From Octopus bimaculoides (taxonomy: Eukaryota): a DNA stretch of 34,359 nucleotides. The stretch spans positions 160,339,646-160,374,004 of the forward strand of contig NC_068983.1 of NCBI RefSeq assembly GCF_001194135.2, written 5' to 3'. Shown here piece after piece: positions 1-10,763 of this stretch (positions are counted from its first letter, which is position 1; the number at the start of each line of letters is the position of its first letter). The notes beneath the pieces are model-generated. The model was not told where the DNA came from and searched no databases. It saw nothing but the letters and a program-made list of their open reading frames with translations. The position numbers and the translations under genes were made by a program.

Positions 1-120
1 TAAATGACGAAGCCACTTTGACCATGATTCTATAAAACGTTTTAAAATTTTGTAAACAGAGAGTTACTTACGTTTCTTGCATAAATAAAAGAAACTTTAT
101 TTAATAAATTATGACACTAA

Positions 121-350
121 GGACCGAGGTTACCGTGGTCTTTTCGTAGGTTTTTCTTTCCACGGATAACCTCCCCATTTATTGGGAATTTTCTGTATTA
201 TTTCGTATTTTTTGTAAATACCCCAAACGTTTTACGATGTTTTTTTTTCTTTTCTTTCTGCTTTGTTTTCGCCCCCCTCGAAAAGAAAAAACTCTACATT
301 TGTATTTTGTCCCTTCTATGTAGAGCCCTGTGTGGCTAATAAAGAAACAT
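121..350 (+). repeat. Probable 3' tail of an interspersed retroelement
   Basis: CpG-bearing, T-rich stretch ending in ...TGTGTGGCTAATAAAGAAA, followed directly by (TATC)n/(TC)n/(TA)n. The class is inferred from the AATAAA plus simple-repeat tail; no coding motif seen. Confidence 0.3.
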
Positions 351-368
351 ATCTATCTATCTCTCTCT

Positions 369-407
<39 letters not shown>

Positions 408-420
408 CAAATGATATATA

Positions 421-610
421 AGTATATGCATGTATACATACATATATGTACATACCTACATCTACATGTATATATAGATGCATATTCGGGTACAGGACAT
501 TAGACAAATGGACGGGGGCATAAAAACAAAACAGACTTTGTTTACAGACAACAGAACGAGCACATAGGTAAACAAACAAGCCACTTGGAATTAATCCTTC
601 ATCATCTGCC
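421..610 (-). repeat. Non-autonomous repeat family X, copy 1 (divergent)
   Basis: Shares AGTATATGCA..TGTACATACC..CATCTACATGTATATATAGATGCATAT..GGGTACA with 4836-5032 and 24327-24503. Confidence 0.6.
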
Positions 611-654
611 TATATATATATATATATAATATATATACACAAGTATGTATGTAT

Positions 655-740
655 CATCAGGAGCAGCATTTACCATGCTGGCATGGGTTGGACGGCATGA
701 CACAGGAACTGGCAAAGCCAGAGGCTGCACCGAGTTCCAT
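655..740 (-). repeat. Fragment of a (CAT)n-associated retroposon 3' end (RTE-tail-like)
   Basis: CCATGCTGGCATGGGTTGGACGG resembles CTATGCTGGTCTGAGTTGGATGG at ~27110. The RTE link is recalled, not demonstrated here. Confidence 0.4.
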
Positions 741-1225
741 TTACACACACACACACACATATATAAACATATATACATACACAAGCACATACGTATATAT
801 ACATGCATATATATCTATATTTGAAGGCTCATTGCTCAGTGGTTAGAACGTTGAGCATATATATATATATATATATTAATTAGTGAGAAGATAGATTTAG
901 TATGAAACTTTATTCTGTATAAAGTTCGTTTTTTCCTGAACTGCTATTGTCCCTTATTTGTGGGACTTTGTTCAACCTGGGTCTCATCAGGTAATTCCAT
1001 AGATAAAGTTGTCTCACTAAAGATCTTGACTGTTGGCTGTCATATTGTTATATGTCCATCTAGTTTAGGAATGAATAATATAATTACTCTAACTGACGTT
1101 GCAGGGTTCCTGAAGCAGATCCAACAGAAATATACCACAACTGCAGATGACAACAGGTAACCCAAACTGTGCCAGTGCTCTACACAACACTTACAGACAC
1201 TAATCGACTTATACCTATTAGTCCA

Positions 1226-1270
<45 letters not shown>

Positions 1271-1281
<11 letters not shown>

Positions 1282-1506
1282 TGGGGAAGGCCAGTTTATA
1301 GGATTAATTTAGGTTTCCTGTGCATAAAGGTTTAGCTTTATGGCATATCGTCAGGTCCCAAAAATCTGTTGGCCCATGACCTCCATATTTTCAATAGGTC
1401 ATGGGCCAATAGGTTTTGGGGATCTGATGATATGCCATAAAACTAAACCTTAATGGACAGAAACCTAAGGTACTCCCATAAACCAGTCTTCTGCATTTTT
1501 AATATA
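1271..1506. mobile_element. Foldback / MITE-like long imperfect palindrome
   Basis: Arms 1271-1382 and 1396-1506 are reverse complements along their whole length (e.g. TTTATGGCATAT/ATATGCCATAAA, TTGGCCCATGACCT/AGGTCATGGGCCAA) around a 13-nt loop. The left end adjoins a (TA)n tract. Confidence 0.8.
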
Positions 1507-1984
1507 AACTGCTCCATATCTTAGAGTGTGCTTCTTCTTTTGGATTTGTTTTCTATAAACAATATATATATATATCTCAATATACACAAGAGAAAAAAGC
1601 CAGGTCAGTTCCTCCTCAACTTTATTCGATTATCAAAGAATACGTATATGTATCTTTTCATATATGTATTTTCATACACTGTTTTTAACATTTTCATCTT
1701 ATTATCAGAGTTTAGTAGAAAGTGGGTTATACATCTTTAGATGTATACCTGACTTTCCTACTATAAAATTATGAAATATAACGGAAGGCTGAACTCCAGA
1801 CTATGAACTTAAACAACATTTATTGAGGTGGTAATTATATACATCTTTAATTCTTGTTGTTACAGCTTCTGTGTGTATGTATGAGCATAGTTGTTGGGAC
1901 GTTGTTCTGTAGTTGTAAGCGAGCTGTCGAGTGTAAGTCCGAAAGATGTAGAGAGACAGCTTAACACGTAAAGAGACTGTCTCC

Positions 1985-2657
1985 NNNNNNNNNNNNNNNN
2001 NNNNNNNNNNNNNNNNNNNNNNNNNNNNNNNNNNNNNNNNNNNNNNNNNNNNNNNNNNNNNNNNNNNNNNNNNNNNNNNNNNNNNNNNNNNNNNNNNNNN
2101 NNNNNNNNNNNNNNNNNNNNNNNNNNNNNNNNNNNNNNNNNNNNNNNNNNNNNNNNNNNNNNNNNNNNNNNNNNNNNNNNNNNNNNNNNNNNNNNNNNNN
2201 NNNNNNNNNNNNNNNNNNNNNNNNNNNNNNNNNNNNNNNNNNNNNNNNNNNNNNNNNNNNNNNNNNNNNNNNNNNNNNNNNNNNNNNNNNNNNNNNNNNN
2301 NNNNNNNNNNNNNNNNNNNNNNNNNNNNNNNNNNNNNNNNNNNNNNNNNNNNNNNNNNNNNNNNNNNNNNNNNNNNNNNNNNNNNNNNNNNNNNNNNNNN
2401 NNNNNNNNNNNNNNNNNNNNNNNNNNNNNNNNNNNNNNNNNNNNNNNNNNNNNNNNNNNNNNNNNNNNNNNNNNNNNNNNNNNNNNNNNNNNNNNNNNNN
2501 NNNNNNNNNNNNNNNNNNNNNNNNNNNNNNNNNNNNNNNNNNNNNNNNNNNNNNNNNNNNNNNNNNNNNNNNNNNNNNNNNNNNNNNNNNNNNNNNNNNN
2601 NNNNNNNNNNNNNNNNNNNNNNNNNNNNNNNNNNNNNNNNNNNNNNNNNNNNNNNNN
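1985..2657. other. Assembly gap (N run)
   Basis: Continuous N. Smaller gaps lie at 3328-3337, 5682-5702, 12417-12426 and 16932-16941. Confidence 1.
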
Positions 2658-2680
2658 TATGTATATATATAAATATATAT

Positions 2681-2721
<41 letters not shown>

Positions 2722-2794
2722 AAGACAGACAGACAGACAGACAGAGAGGGGGAGAGAAGGGAAGTGCAAGAGAAAGAAAGAGAGAGAGATGCAT

Positions 2795-3120
2795 GTCTGT
2801 ATGGTTAAGAGGCTAAGAAGTTTGCTTTCTTAGCATGTGGTTTCAGGTTCAATCCTACCATTTTCACAACAGCCTCAGGTTGACCAATGCCTTGTGTGTT
2901 GATTTGGTAGGTAGAAACTGAAAGAAACCTATTAACTATACATGGGAGTGTGTGTGTGTGTATGTGTGTGTATGAGGGTGCATGTGCATGTTTATGTATC
3001 CTTCTCTTGAAATTACATAATAGTTGTAAATGCAATTCAAGCAATGTCATTCATTACCAATTTTGCATGAGAATACTTCCTGTGATTGGAAAATATTACC
3101 TTGTTAGGGAATGAAACTTA
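2795..3120 (+). mobile_element. Degraded tRNA-derived SINE with internal (GT)n
   Basis: Decayed head (TGGTTAAGA..GGTTCAATCC), then CAGCCTCAGGTTGACCAATGCCTTGTGTGTTGATTTGGTAGGTAGAAACTGAAAGAAACC, which matches the body of the SINE at 12206-12623, then (GT)n. Confidence 0.6.
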
Positions 3121-3224
3121 TGATTGAGATGTGGTCCCCTAACCTATCTAGGTGATGCAATGACCTATCAGGCCTCTGCCAGCATAGAGGGCAGGTATTA
3201 AATTGTAATGAAGCTTCAAGTTGA

Positions 3225-3370
3225 TGCTAATGTTGATGCTGATGTTGCTATTGATGATGGCGGTGATGGTGGTGGCGGCGGCGGTCGCAGAGACGGCAGC
3301 GGCGGTGGTGGTGGTGTTGGTGTTGGTNNNNNNNNNNGCTGGTACTGTTGATGATGATGATGATGATGAT
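3225..3370. repeat. Low-complexity GAT/GGT/GGC trinucleotide tract
   Basis: Runs of GATGCT, GGTGGT, GGCGGC and (GAT)n around a 10-N gap. Confidence 0.85.
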
Positions 3371-3745
3371 AGGCATAGAGAAATAAATCACTAGTGTGAC
3401 AGATATGTCATGTGTGTATGTCTATGTGCCTTTGTGCTTGTACATATATGTGTGTGTGTGTCTATGAGTATAACATGGAGTAAGTTTCTGATGAGCTAAG
3501 TCTGGAACTTAGTTTTAATTCTGAATTTTATTTCGTTTCATAAGTTTTAAGAAGTTTTTACTTCATATATTATGAGTTTTGATTTATTACTACTTTTTTT
3601 ATTGCAATAGACAAAATTTGTGGGAAGATTTTTCAAATTCTTCAATACTTCAAAAGATGATCAAAAAAATAATTTCCATATTTTTCTTTACTCACTTGTA
3701 AAATTAAAGTTTCTTATTTAATGGTTCAACATCAGCAAGTCTCTT

Positions 3746-3804
3746 TGGTGAAGTGGTATCATGGCCAGGCACTCTATAGCAGACGCGTTGTTCGATTCTC
3801 ATGG
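3746..3804 (+). mobile_element. tRNA-like SINE head fragment
   Basis: A-box-like TGGTGAAGTGG and B-box-like GTTCGATTC at tRNA-like spacing; no complete cloverleaf. Confidence 0.4.
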
Positions 3805-4082
3805 ATGACTTTGTCTTCTTTTTTATGTGATTTTTTTCTCCATTTATTATGATCTGTTACCATAGCTACCTTTTCCATTAGAACAATTTTCTAATAAATC
3901 TCATTTTTTAATTTTCACATTTCTCAAGGCTTCAAATTACAATCCCTTCCTCTCAAAAACATAGGTCTATACATACAAGGTTCATATGTATGTGTGCATT
4001 GCACACATACCCAAGAACTGAGATCATCATGTTCTATATCAATGTTTACATTTACATCAATTTTCATGCTGCTATGGGTAGG

Positions 4083-4466
4083 GCAGTGGAGGTGCAATGG
4101 CCCAGTGGTTAGGGCAGCGAACTCGTGGTCATAGGATCAAGGTTTCAATTCTCAGACCGGGCGTTGTGAGTGTTTATTGAGTGAAAACACCTAAAGCTCC
4201 ACGAGTCTCTGGTAGGGGATGGTGGCGAACCCTGCTGTACTCTTTCACCACAACTTTCTCTCACTCTTACTTCCTGTTTCTGTTGTACCTGTATTTCAAA
4301 AGGTCAGCCTTGTCACACTGTGTCACACTGAACATCCCCGGGAACTATATTAAGGGTACACGTGTCTGTGGAGTGCTCAGCCACTTGCACGTTAATTTCA
4401 CGAGCAGGCTGTTCCGTTGATCGGATCAACTGGAACCCTCGACATCGTAAGTGACGGAGTGCCAAC
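4083..4466 (+). mobile_element. Full-length tRNA-derived SINE, family A copy 1
   Basis: A box TGGCCCAGTGG, B-box-like GGTTTCAATTC and colinear with 19651-20031. A 9-bp direct repeat ATGGGTAGG at 4074-4082 and 4467-4475 is the TSD. Confidence 0.9.
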
Positions 4467-4835
4467 ATGGGTAGGACTATTTGACAAGATTCAGTAGATC
4501 AGAGGACCACGTCTTATTCCATTGTCTTACTTTTGGCTTGGTTTCTACGGTTGTATACCCTTCTTAGCACCAACTACTGGTTGTATTTTGTTCTATGCAC
4601 TAGAACTATAATAGTTGTTTTGCATCAGCTTGAATTGACTACTAATGTCTTACAGAGTGTACTGAATGCTTGGAGGAGAGCCCCACGCCCCCACCTGCCT
4701 CCCTAATGATGGAAGAAACAGATTTATTGTTAGAAAATTGTTATGGAGTAAGTAATAGAGGGAACAGTATTGGTGGGAGTAGTGGGGGCAAAAGCAGAAA
4801 AAAGTGAAGAGTAATATCAGAGACTAATAATATAT

Positions 4836-5032
4836 GAGTATATGCATATATATGTACATGTATGTACATACCTTCATCTACATGTATATATAGATGCATA
4901 TCTGGGTACATGGCGTTGCAAAAAAAAAACATAGACAAAATGATAAACAAGGTACAAAAAACACACAGGCCACATAGAGAACATATCTTTCATCAGCTAC
5001 CACCATTATATAACACTGGCGTTTCGAAGAGG
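4836..5032 (-). repeat. Non-autonomous repeat family X, copy 2
   Basis: Colinear with 24327-24503, including CCACATAGAGAACAT..TTCATCAGCTACC..GCGTTTCGAAGAG. Confidence 0.75.
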
Positions 5033-5530
5033 AAAGAGAAAGTCAATGTAGTAATGGTTTGGAATGAGGTAGGTAGCTGGATCCAGTGATAAGCTGGATC
5101 ATTCAGTTTGCCATGTCAGCATAGGCTGAATGGTTCATTGGGATCCAAAACAAGTTCTTCAATGGGAGAGAAGGTTTTATTATTGAGAGAAGGTGGTTGG
5201 TGAGAGACTAACTGTGCAAATGTTAGGGAAGGGGTTATAATAGGATAAGTGAAAAGAAGTGTCAGGGGTTTCGGAGAGACAGTGACTGGATGGCAAGAAG
5301 AGTTGAATAGGAGGAGATGCAGTGCTACCCACATGGTGGGGGGAAAGTAGTGCAAGAAGGGAAAGATGGGAGATTATAGATGGGGAAGGGCTAAGCTATG
5401 TTAGGAGATTAATGAGAGAGAGAGAGAGAGTAATAAGAACAGTGAGGAAGGAGGAGGGTGGCTGAGTAGTGCTAGCCAAGTTACATATGTGTGGGTAGAG
5501 GGAGACATGGAAGAAAGAGAATGATGGTGA

Positions 5531-5912
5531 GGGGTTAGAGCATATCCTCGGGGTTAGAGCATATCCTCGGGGTTAGAGCATATCCTCGGGGTTAGAGCAT
5601 ATCCTCAGAGTTAGAGCATATCCTCGGGGGTTAGAGCATATCCTCGGGGTTAGAGCATATCCTCGGGGTTAGAGCATATCCNNNNNNNNNNNNNNNNNNN
5701 NNAGGGGTTAGAGCATATCCTCGGGGTTAGAGCATATCCTCGGGGTTAGAGCATATCCTCGGGGTTAGAGCATATCCTCAGAGTTAGAGCATATCCTCGG
5801 GGGTTAGAGCATATCCTCGGGGTTAGAGCATATCCTCGGGGTTAGAGCATATCCTCGGGGGTTAGAGCATATCCTCGGGGTTAGAGCATATCCTCGGGGT
5901 TAGAGCATATCC
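5531..5912 (+). repeat. 19-bp minisatellite (GGGGTTAGAGCATATCCTC)n
   Basis: Head-to-tail units without spacers, with AGAG and GGGGG variants, interrupted by N at 5682-5702. Confidence 0.97.
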
Positions 5913-8214
5913 AGGAGAGTGATGATAGGAGAATCTGTGTGAGAAGAAAGAAGAAGGAAATACAGCATAATATAGGTTTGGGGAGATTTGGGGAATGGAG
6001 ATATTTGATTTGTACGAGGTGAGTGCTTTCCTCTACATTATGGGTGGAATAGCAGAGTGAGTAGAAAATATGATGGAGAGATGAGATGGCACAGAATAGG
6101 TAAAATGGTTTGGAGAGTAGATAGTGGGGAATCTAAGGGTACAGAATGGGCTGTAGATGGGGGTAAGCATGCACAAACAAATAAATAGGTTCAGCGTGCA
6201 TGCACTAAACTTGCACAAAGGTTAGATCTTAAGTAGTATCCATGTATCACTGGTTGATTCAGTCTTCAGCTATCTCCTTCAGATGTATTAAGTTGAGATA
6301 ATTTAATCACCACCTCACCCCAAGTCTTCCTCTGTATCATTCGTCTACTTACACATTCACTTTGAACATTTAGCATTTGCATCTGAAGCTGTCTTCCTCC
6401 ATTCACAAGCACATACTAGGTCATTCTCCTTTGCACACTGAATATAATTCCTCTTTTACCCAGTTTGTTACTTAGTCCACTTATACTTTGTCATCCATGC
6501 ACATTAGCATGGATGTGAAGCATGTTTGCATCATTTCTAACTAGTGTTTGCATGTCTTACACACCCAAAGCCTGTGTCTTGCAGTCATTTAGCAGCACAC
6601 TTTGCTCACAAGTATCATACAATCTGCTTTTTGATCATGAGGGATAAGCTCATTGTGTTCAAGAAGTGATTATCAGCAGAGGTAATCATTCCTTTAACTT
6701 TCTCAAACCTGTTCTTGTTCTCATTTCCACTCTCTTAGAACATCCACTGTCACTACTAATTTGGTTAACTAGGTTGCAAAAGCTATCAATTACTTAAAGA
6801 GAATCATTTCGGCATTTGAGAGGATTTGATTTCCAAGCTCATTTTGCTCTTCTTGCCCCAGTGCTCCTGCTGCATAAAAAGTCTACCTTCTTTGTTATCC
6901 TACGTTTTATCCTTCTATATATTGTGTGTGTCCTGGTTCCTTTTCTGCAGGCAAAGTACCATTTTCCCAATACTACAAGGGTTCTGTCTTCATTACTATT
7001 TCACTAAGTTGACATTAAGACCCTTCCAATTTTAGATTTTACTTTCATATCTTGAATCTCAACTTCAGTTCCTTTACTGATTCTATTTATAAGAGATAAG
7101 TCATCAATATACATAAATTTCCAAAAGTATTTGGTCTTAAATTCCTGTGTTATGAGGGAGCTGAGAACTGATCCTTGATGCACTAACTTTGTCACTAAAC
7201 TCATTGCAGATTCTCACCTTGCTGACTACTGCTTCCTAAATAACTGGTATGTTCCCCACAAATCATAAACCAATTTCTAGTTTGCTTAGTGACCACCAAA
7301 TGACTATGTCAAAGGCCCAAATCAAGGAATACTAGATATAAGGACGTATTCCTCAAGTCATATATTTTTCTTGCACTTGTTTTACAAAAAATATGGTATC
7401 AGTGGTCTTAGGACAAGATCAAACAGCATCTCATTTAAACTAATCTTGTGCTTAATTGGTTTTACATTAACCCTTTCTGTAACTTTCATAACTTGGTTCA
7501 TCAGTTTGAAACCTTGACAGTTCCTTTTGTCTAGTACACATGTACCCTTGCAGCAATTTACAGTGATATGCTAGTATTAGTCATTGGGCATGGTGTCTTC
7601 CTGTATTACTTGATTTACTATTCAAGTGACTGTCCTATTCAGCTTCATCAGATATTTTAAGCATCTTGGTGACAATCTCTGATGGCACAACTGCATTTTC
7701 TACTTTTGCATCCTTTTTTATTCTATCTCCCATACTACCATAATTGATTGATTCAGATGGCTGGCCTCTCTGTTGAGTCTACATGAATTAGGTTCTCTCT
7801 TGTCCATTCTCCACATTCAGCAGCCTCTCATATTAGCATGACTATGCCTGTTTCTTATTAGCATCAGTGAGATGATGATAAGATAGAGGCTTGAAAGTGC
7901 TACAATCATTCTGCATCCACTTCTTCCCCAAAACATCTCTAGTTTCTTTAGTACAGTTTCTAGCAATATGGAACATCTCACACCTTTGGTCCTCAAGTCA
8001 TAAAACATAGGTAAACTTCTTTTCTCCCTCACCTCTCAATACGTATACCTAATGATTAGCTACACTTTTACCAATTAGTTTTTTTTTCTTACCTGCCTGC
8101 TCATTTGGTCTTTTCAAGCTTGTCTCTTTACTTTTATAGTACTATCAATAATGTTCATTATTTACATTATTTACATTATTTACATTTGACAGATATTTGT
8201 CCTCATCTTGTTCA

Positions 8215-8262
8215 TTGTTAACACATTTCGGATGATATACCGTCTAGCCTTCATCAGGTGTC
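8215..8262 (-). ncRNA. Decayed minimal type-I hammerhead ribozyme motif
   Basis: Minus strand reads ACAC-CTGATGA-A-GG(ctagacggtatatcat)CC-GAAA-TGTGT. Both core strings are present and stem I ACAC/GTGT can pair. Stem II is reduced and the usual AC-GU stem III/cleavage triplet is missing, so this copy is probably inactive. Confidence 0.6.
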
Positions 8263-8309
8263 TTAGGGAAATTTCGAACCTGGGTTTTCATTCCTAAGGT
8301 ATTTTTCAA

Positions 8310-8353
<44 letters not shown>

Positions 8354-8354
<1 letters not shown>

Positions 8355-8405
8355 CGAACTTGGAATCTTGAGGTTAATAGCCCACACTCTTAACCGCTAT
8401 GCCAT
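8354..8405 (-). promoter_or_regulatory. tRNA-like Pol III internal promoter segment inside the Penelope remnant
   Basis: A box TGGCATAGCGG fits TRGCNNARYGG, followed by a B-box core GTTCGA and then (AAT)n. Confidence 0.6.
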
Positions 8406-8786
8406 ATGCTCGTGGGCAATTATGGAGTGAATTTTAAGACTCATAAATCAAATATTTTTCTGTCCTTCCTTAATACCGGTTCCCATGTTTTGCCTTTGTA
8501 TAACGTACCACAGCTGCATGGGATGGAGTACATACAGTCTTTGGTCATATTCTCTTCCATTGATGGTTTTACTCGAAGGAGATATTTGCGAACTGTTGTA
8601 TTACTCTTGAATACTGTCCTGATGTCATATGGGCCACATATCTTTTGTATCTCTTTGGAGAGGCCTTTCACATAGGGTAGACAGACAAGATGAGGACAGA
8701 TATCCGTCAAATGTAAATAATGTAAATAATGTACATAATTCCTCATCTCTTAAATATAGAACTGTATCAACAATGCTGCTCTACCC

Positions 8787-8980
8787 ATATCAGGACAATT
8801 AGCCCCCATAAGACAATTCCTCCCAATGACAACTAAACCCTAGGACAATTACCTCCCTTAGTTAATTATTCCCTCCCCAATATATTAAGAAGTTTTAAAT
8901 CATCCTCTGTTGTCCTCGGGGGTAATTTCCTGGGGGAGGAGTTATTGTCCATGATGGTGGGGGGTAAATGTCCTAGATTT
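8787..8980. mobile_element. Mutator-type MITE with GGACAATT-like subterminal repeats
   Basis: Left GGACAATTAGCCCC, GACAATTCCTCCC and GGACAATTACCTCCC mirror right GGAGTTATTGTCC and GGGGGGTAAATGTCC. Degenerate 9-bp flanks GCTCTACCC (8778-8786) and GTTCTACCA (8981-8989) duplicate RTE sequence. Confidence 0.65.
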
Positions 8981-9989
8981 GTTCTACCACCACATTGCCT
9001 TGCATTTTGCTGGGATTCTGCACCAGCCACAAGTCTGGTGCAGAGCCTCCATCAGATTGACCTGTAAGAACTGCTAGTTTTGTTCTTTGTTATATGCCTC
9101 ATTTACCTCTCCCACTATCATAAGCATCACTTAATATGTCTCAGAATATATAGCTAGCAGAGGGCTCTTTTAACTTCCAGACTTTCTCCTCCTCCAAATT
9201 GTCTTCTGTCTCTGAGGTAAAATAGTCCTCATTTTGAAGTCACTAACACCAAATCTATGCTGAAAGGTACATTTTTTTACCTGGAGTTCTGAAGTATGTA
9301 TCTTCCAGCTATCATGTGTTTTCTTGTGAAAATAAAATCTAATTGGCTTGTTTACTCACCTGACTGGTAAGTGTTCAGGTGACAGATTGGTTTCTTGAAG
9401 TTTGTGTTGAAGATCATGAAATCATTTGTGTCTCAAAATTCCAGAAGTCTTGATAATTCCTCATTTCTTGTACTGAAGCTATGACCACCATGTACTCCAT
9501 AAAAGACATAATTTTGTTGTCCAGAATATCCAAAATTGCCAGCTATGTTACTGAAATCTTCATCATCACTGCAGGGAAGACTCATAAATGCAGATCTTCT
9601 GTTCATCTACCAGCCTTGAATATAGTGCATATGAAATAACTCACAATTGTTTTGCCTGCAACAAATCTAAGTTTAGTAATTCCATCATACACTCTGACTA
9701 CATCAATAACCTTATCTATACATGTTTCTGCTAAAAGAATATTGACTCCACCCACCTCATTATTCATACACGTTCAGAAAAATTTATACACCTGTTACTT
9801 GCCTATGAGGAAGTTGGCTGAGGTGCCCTCCAACTTCACTTTTGTACTCAACACATACCTCGCTCTACTCTGCTCTAGCCTTTCCATCATATTACCTCAT
9901 CCACTTTCCATTCTGCCAACTTTTGGACCTGATAAGAAGAATGGGAGAAACGTTTCCAGTGCTGCTTGCATAGACATATATTATATATG

Positions 9990-10500
9990 GTGCATGTGTG
10001 TGTGTGTGTGTGTGTGTGTATGCATATGTGTGTGTGTGTGCATGTGTGCACATGCTTGTGTGTGTGTGTGTGTATGTATATATATTCATGTATGCATTGG
10101 AATACAAATGCAGTGAAATGTAAGAATATGTTTGTGTCCATAGAGATGAACATATGCTATAAATGTGTGTATGCACATAATTACGGACACATGCACACAC
10201 ATGCATATTTATATACATACATATACACACTCATATATTGTACAAACGTACATATATGTGTGTGTTTGTATGTATATATGTATATATAAATAAATATATA
10301 TAGATATATAGATACACACATACATATATTTATACACACACATGCGTACACATAAACATAAATATCTAAAGAGAGAAGTGAGTTTTTTATTCGTTTTTTG
10401 GTGTTGTCTTTGCTTTTACTCCTGCATTCACACAAACAAATACATATACATACACATAAATACATACATACATACATACATATAAATGCACACATGCCAC
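9990..10500. repeat. Compound (GT)n/(TA)n/(CA)n microsatellite region
   Basis: Directly visible. Similar tracts lie at 350-420, 1225-1275, 2660-2790, 14050-14280, 16865-17010, 24285-24670, 28490-28810 and 30040-30135. Confidence 0.95.
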
Positions 10501-10763
10501 CACATATCCTTCAGGAATGTAGGCTTATAGTCTGAATATTTCCATGTAATTATAGGCTTTCATATCTATTAAATCTTTTCTATCGAAGAATTTATAGAAA
10601 AAAATTATATTTGATGGAGAGACATTTGTGAATAGTTTTTAAATTATCATCTCTCTCAATATATTTATGTTATGTAAGACTCCATATATTCATATAATCT
10701 CCTTTTTATATCATCTTATTCGTTCATATTATGGTTCAAACTTCTCTCAGCTGCCAACTGTAC

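Larger units (their letters stand above)
8154..8756 (-). mobile_element. Penelope-like element remnant (GIY-YIG fragment, inverted terminal segment, tRNA-like segment, hammerhead-like motif)
   Basis: ORF 8441-8746(-) reads LPYVKGLSKEIQKICGPYDIRTVFKS..DCMYSIPCSCGTLYKGKT, the Penelope GIY-YIG endonuclease region. Segment ~8686-8745 is the reverse complement of ~8155-8212. Degenerate flanking direct repeats lie at 8137-8153 and 8757-8775. Confidence 0.85.
6230..9950 (-). mobile_element. Near-full-length degraded RTE-clade LINE (APE endonuclease + RT + C-terminus) with two nested insertions
   Basis: Manual minus-strand translation gives motifs in the canonical RTE order: GVNILLAE..DKVIDVVRV (~9750), GVHGGH and NTNFKKP..HL.TYQSG (~9360-9480), TCGW..WW (~8990-9040), ERLLNVEN and KMLKISD (~7660-7830), TTDTIF.V.Q.QEKY (~7390), VHQGSVLS and MYIDDL (~7100-7190), RKTWGEVV (~6310). 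Many stops and frameshifts. Confidence 0.88.

Noticed and set aside
960-1000. CTGATGA-GAC..GTC (minus) and CTGATGA-GCTAAG..CTTAG (~3494, plus) as hammerheads
   Set aside because: A stem II-like helix forms, but no GAAA follows it.
1801-2794. Long ORFs of 322 and 277 aa (also 20359-20920)
   Set aside because: They are open only because they cross N runs and (TA)n/(GA)n repeats.
4086-4160. Genuine tRNA genes (also 19651-19725, 8354-8405, 3746-3804)
   Set aside because: A/B boxes are present, but no complete cloverleaf or acceptor stem forms, and they continue into SINE bodies.
5531-5912. CRISPR array
   Set aside because: The units are contiguous with no unique spacers, there are no cas genes, and the context is eukaryotic.
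5033-6230. Purine-rich region around the minisatellite as a coding sequence or defined element
   Set aside because: The strand skew suggests an old retroelement UTR, but no motif, terminus or second copy is visible in the window.
9652-10495. His/Thr-, Cys/Val- and Ile/Tyr-rich ORFs
   Set aside because: These are translations of (CA)n, (GT)n and (TA)n microsatellites; the non-repeat part is antisense to the RTE endonuclease.
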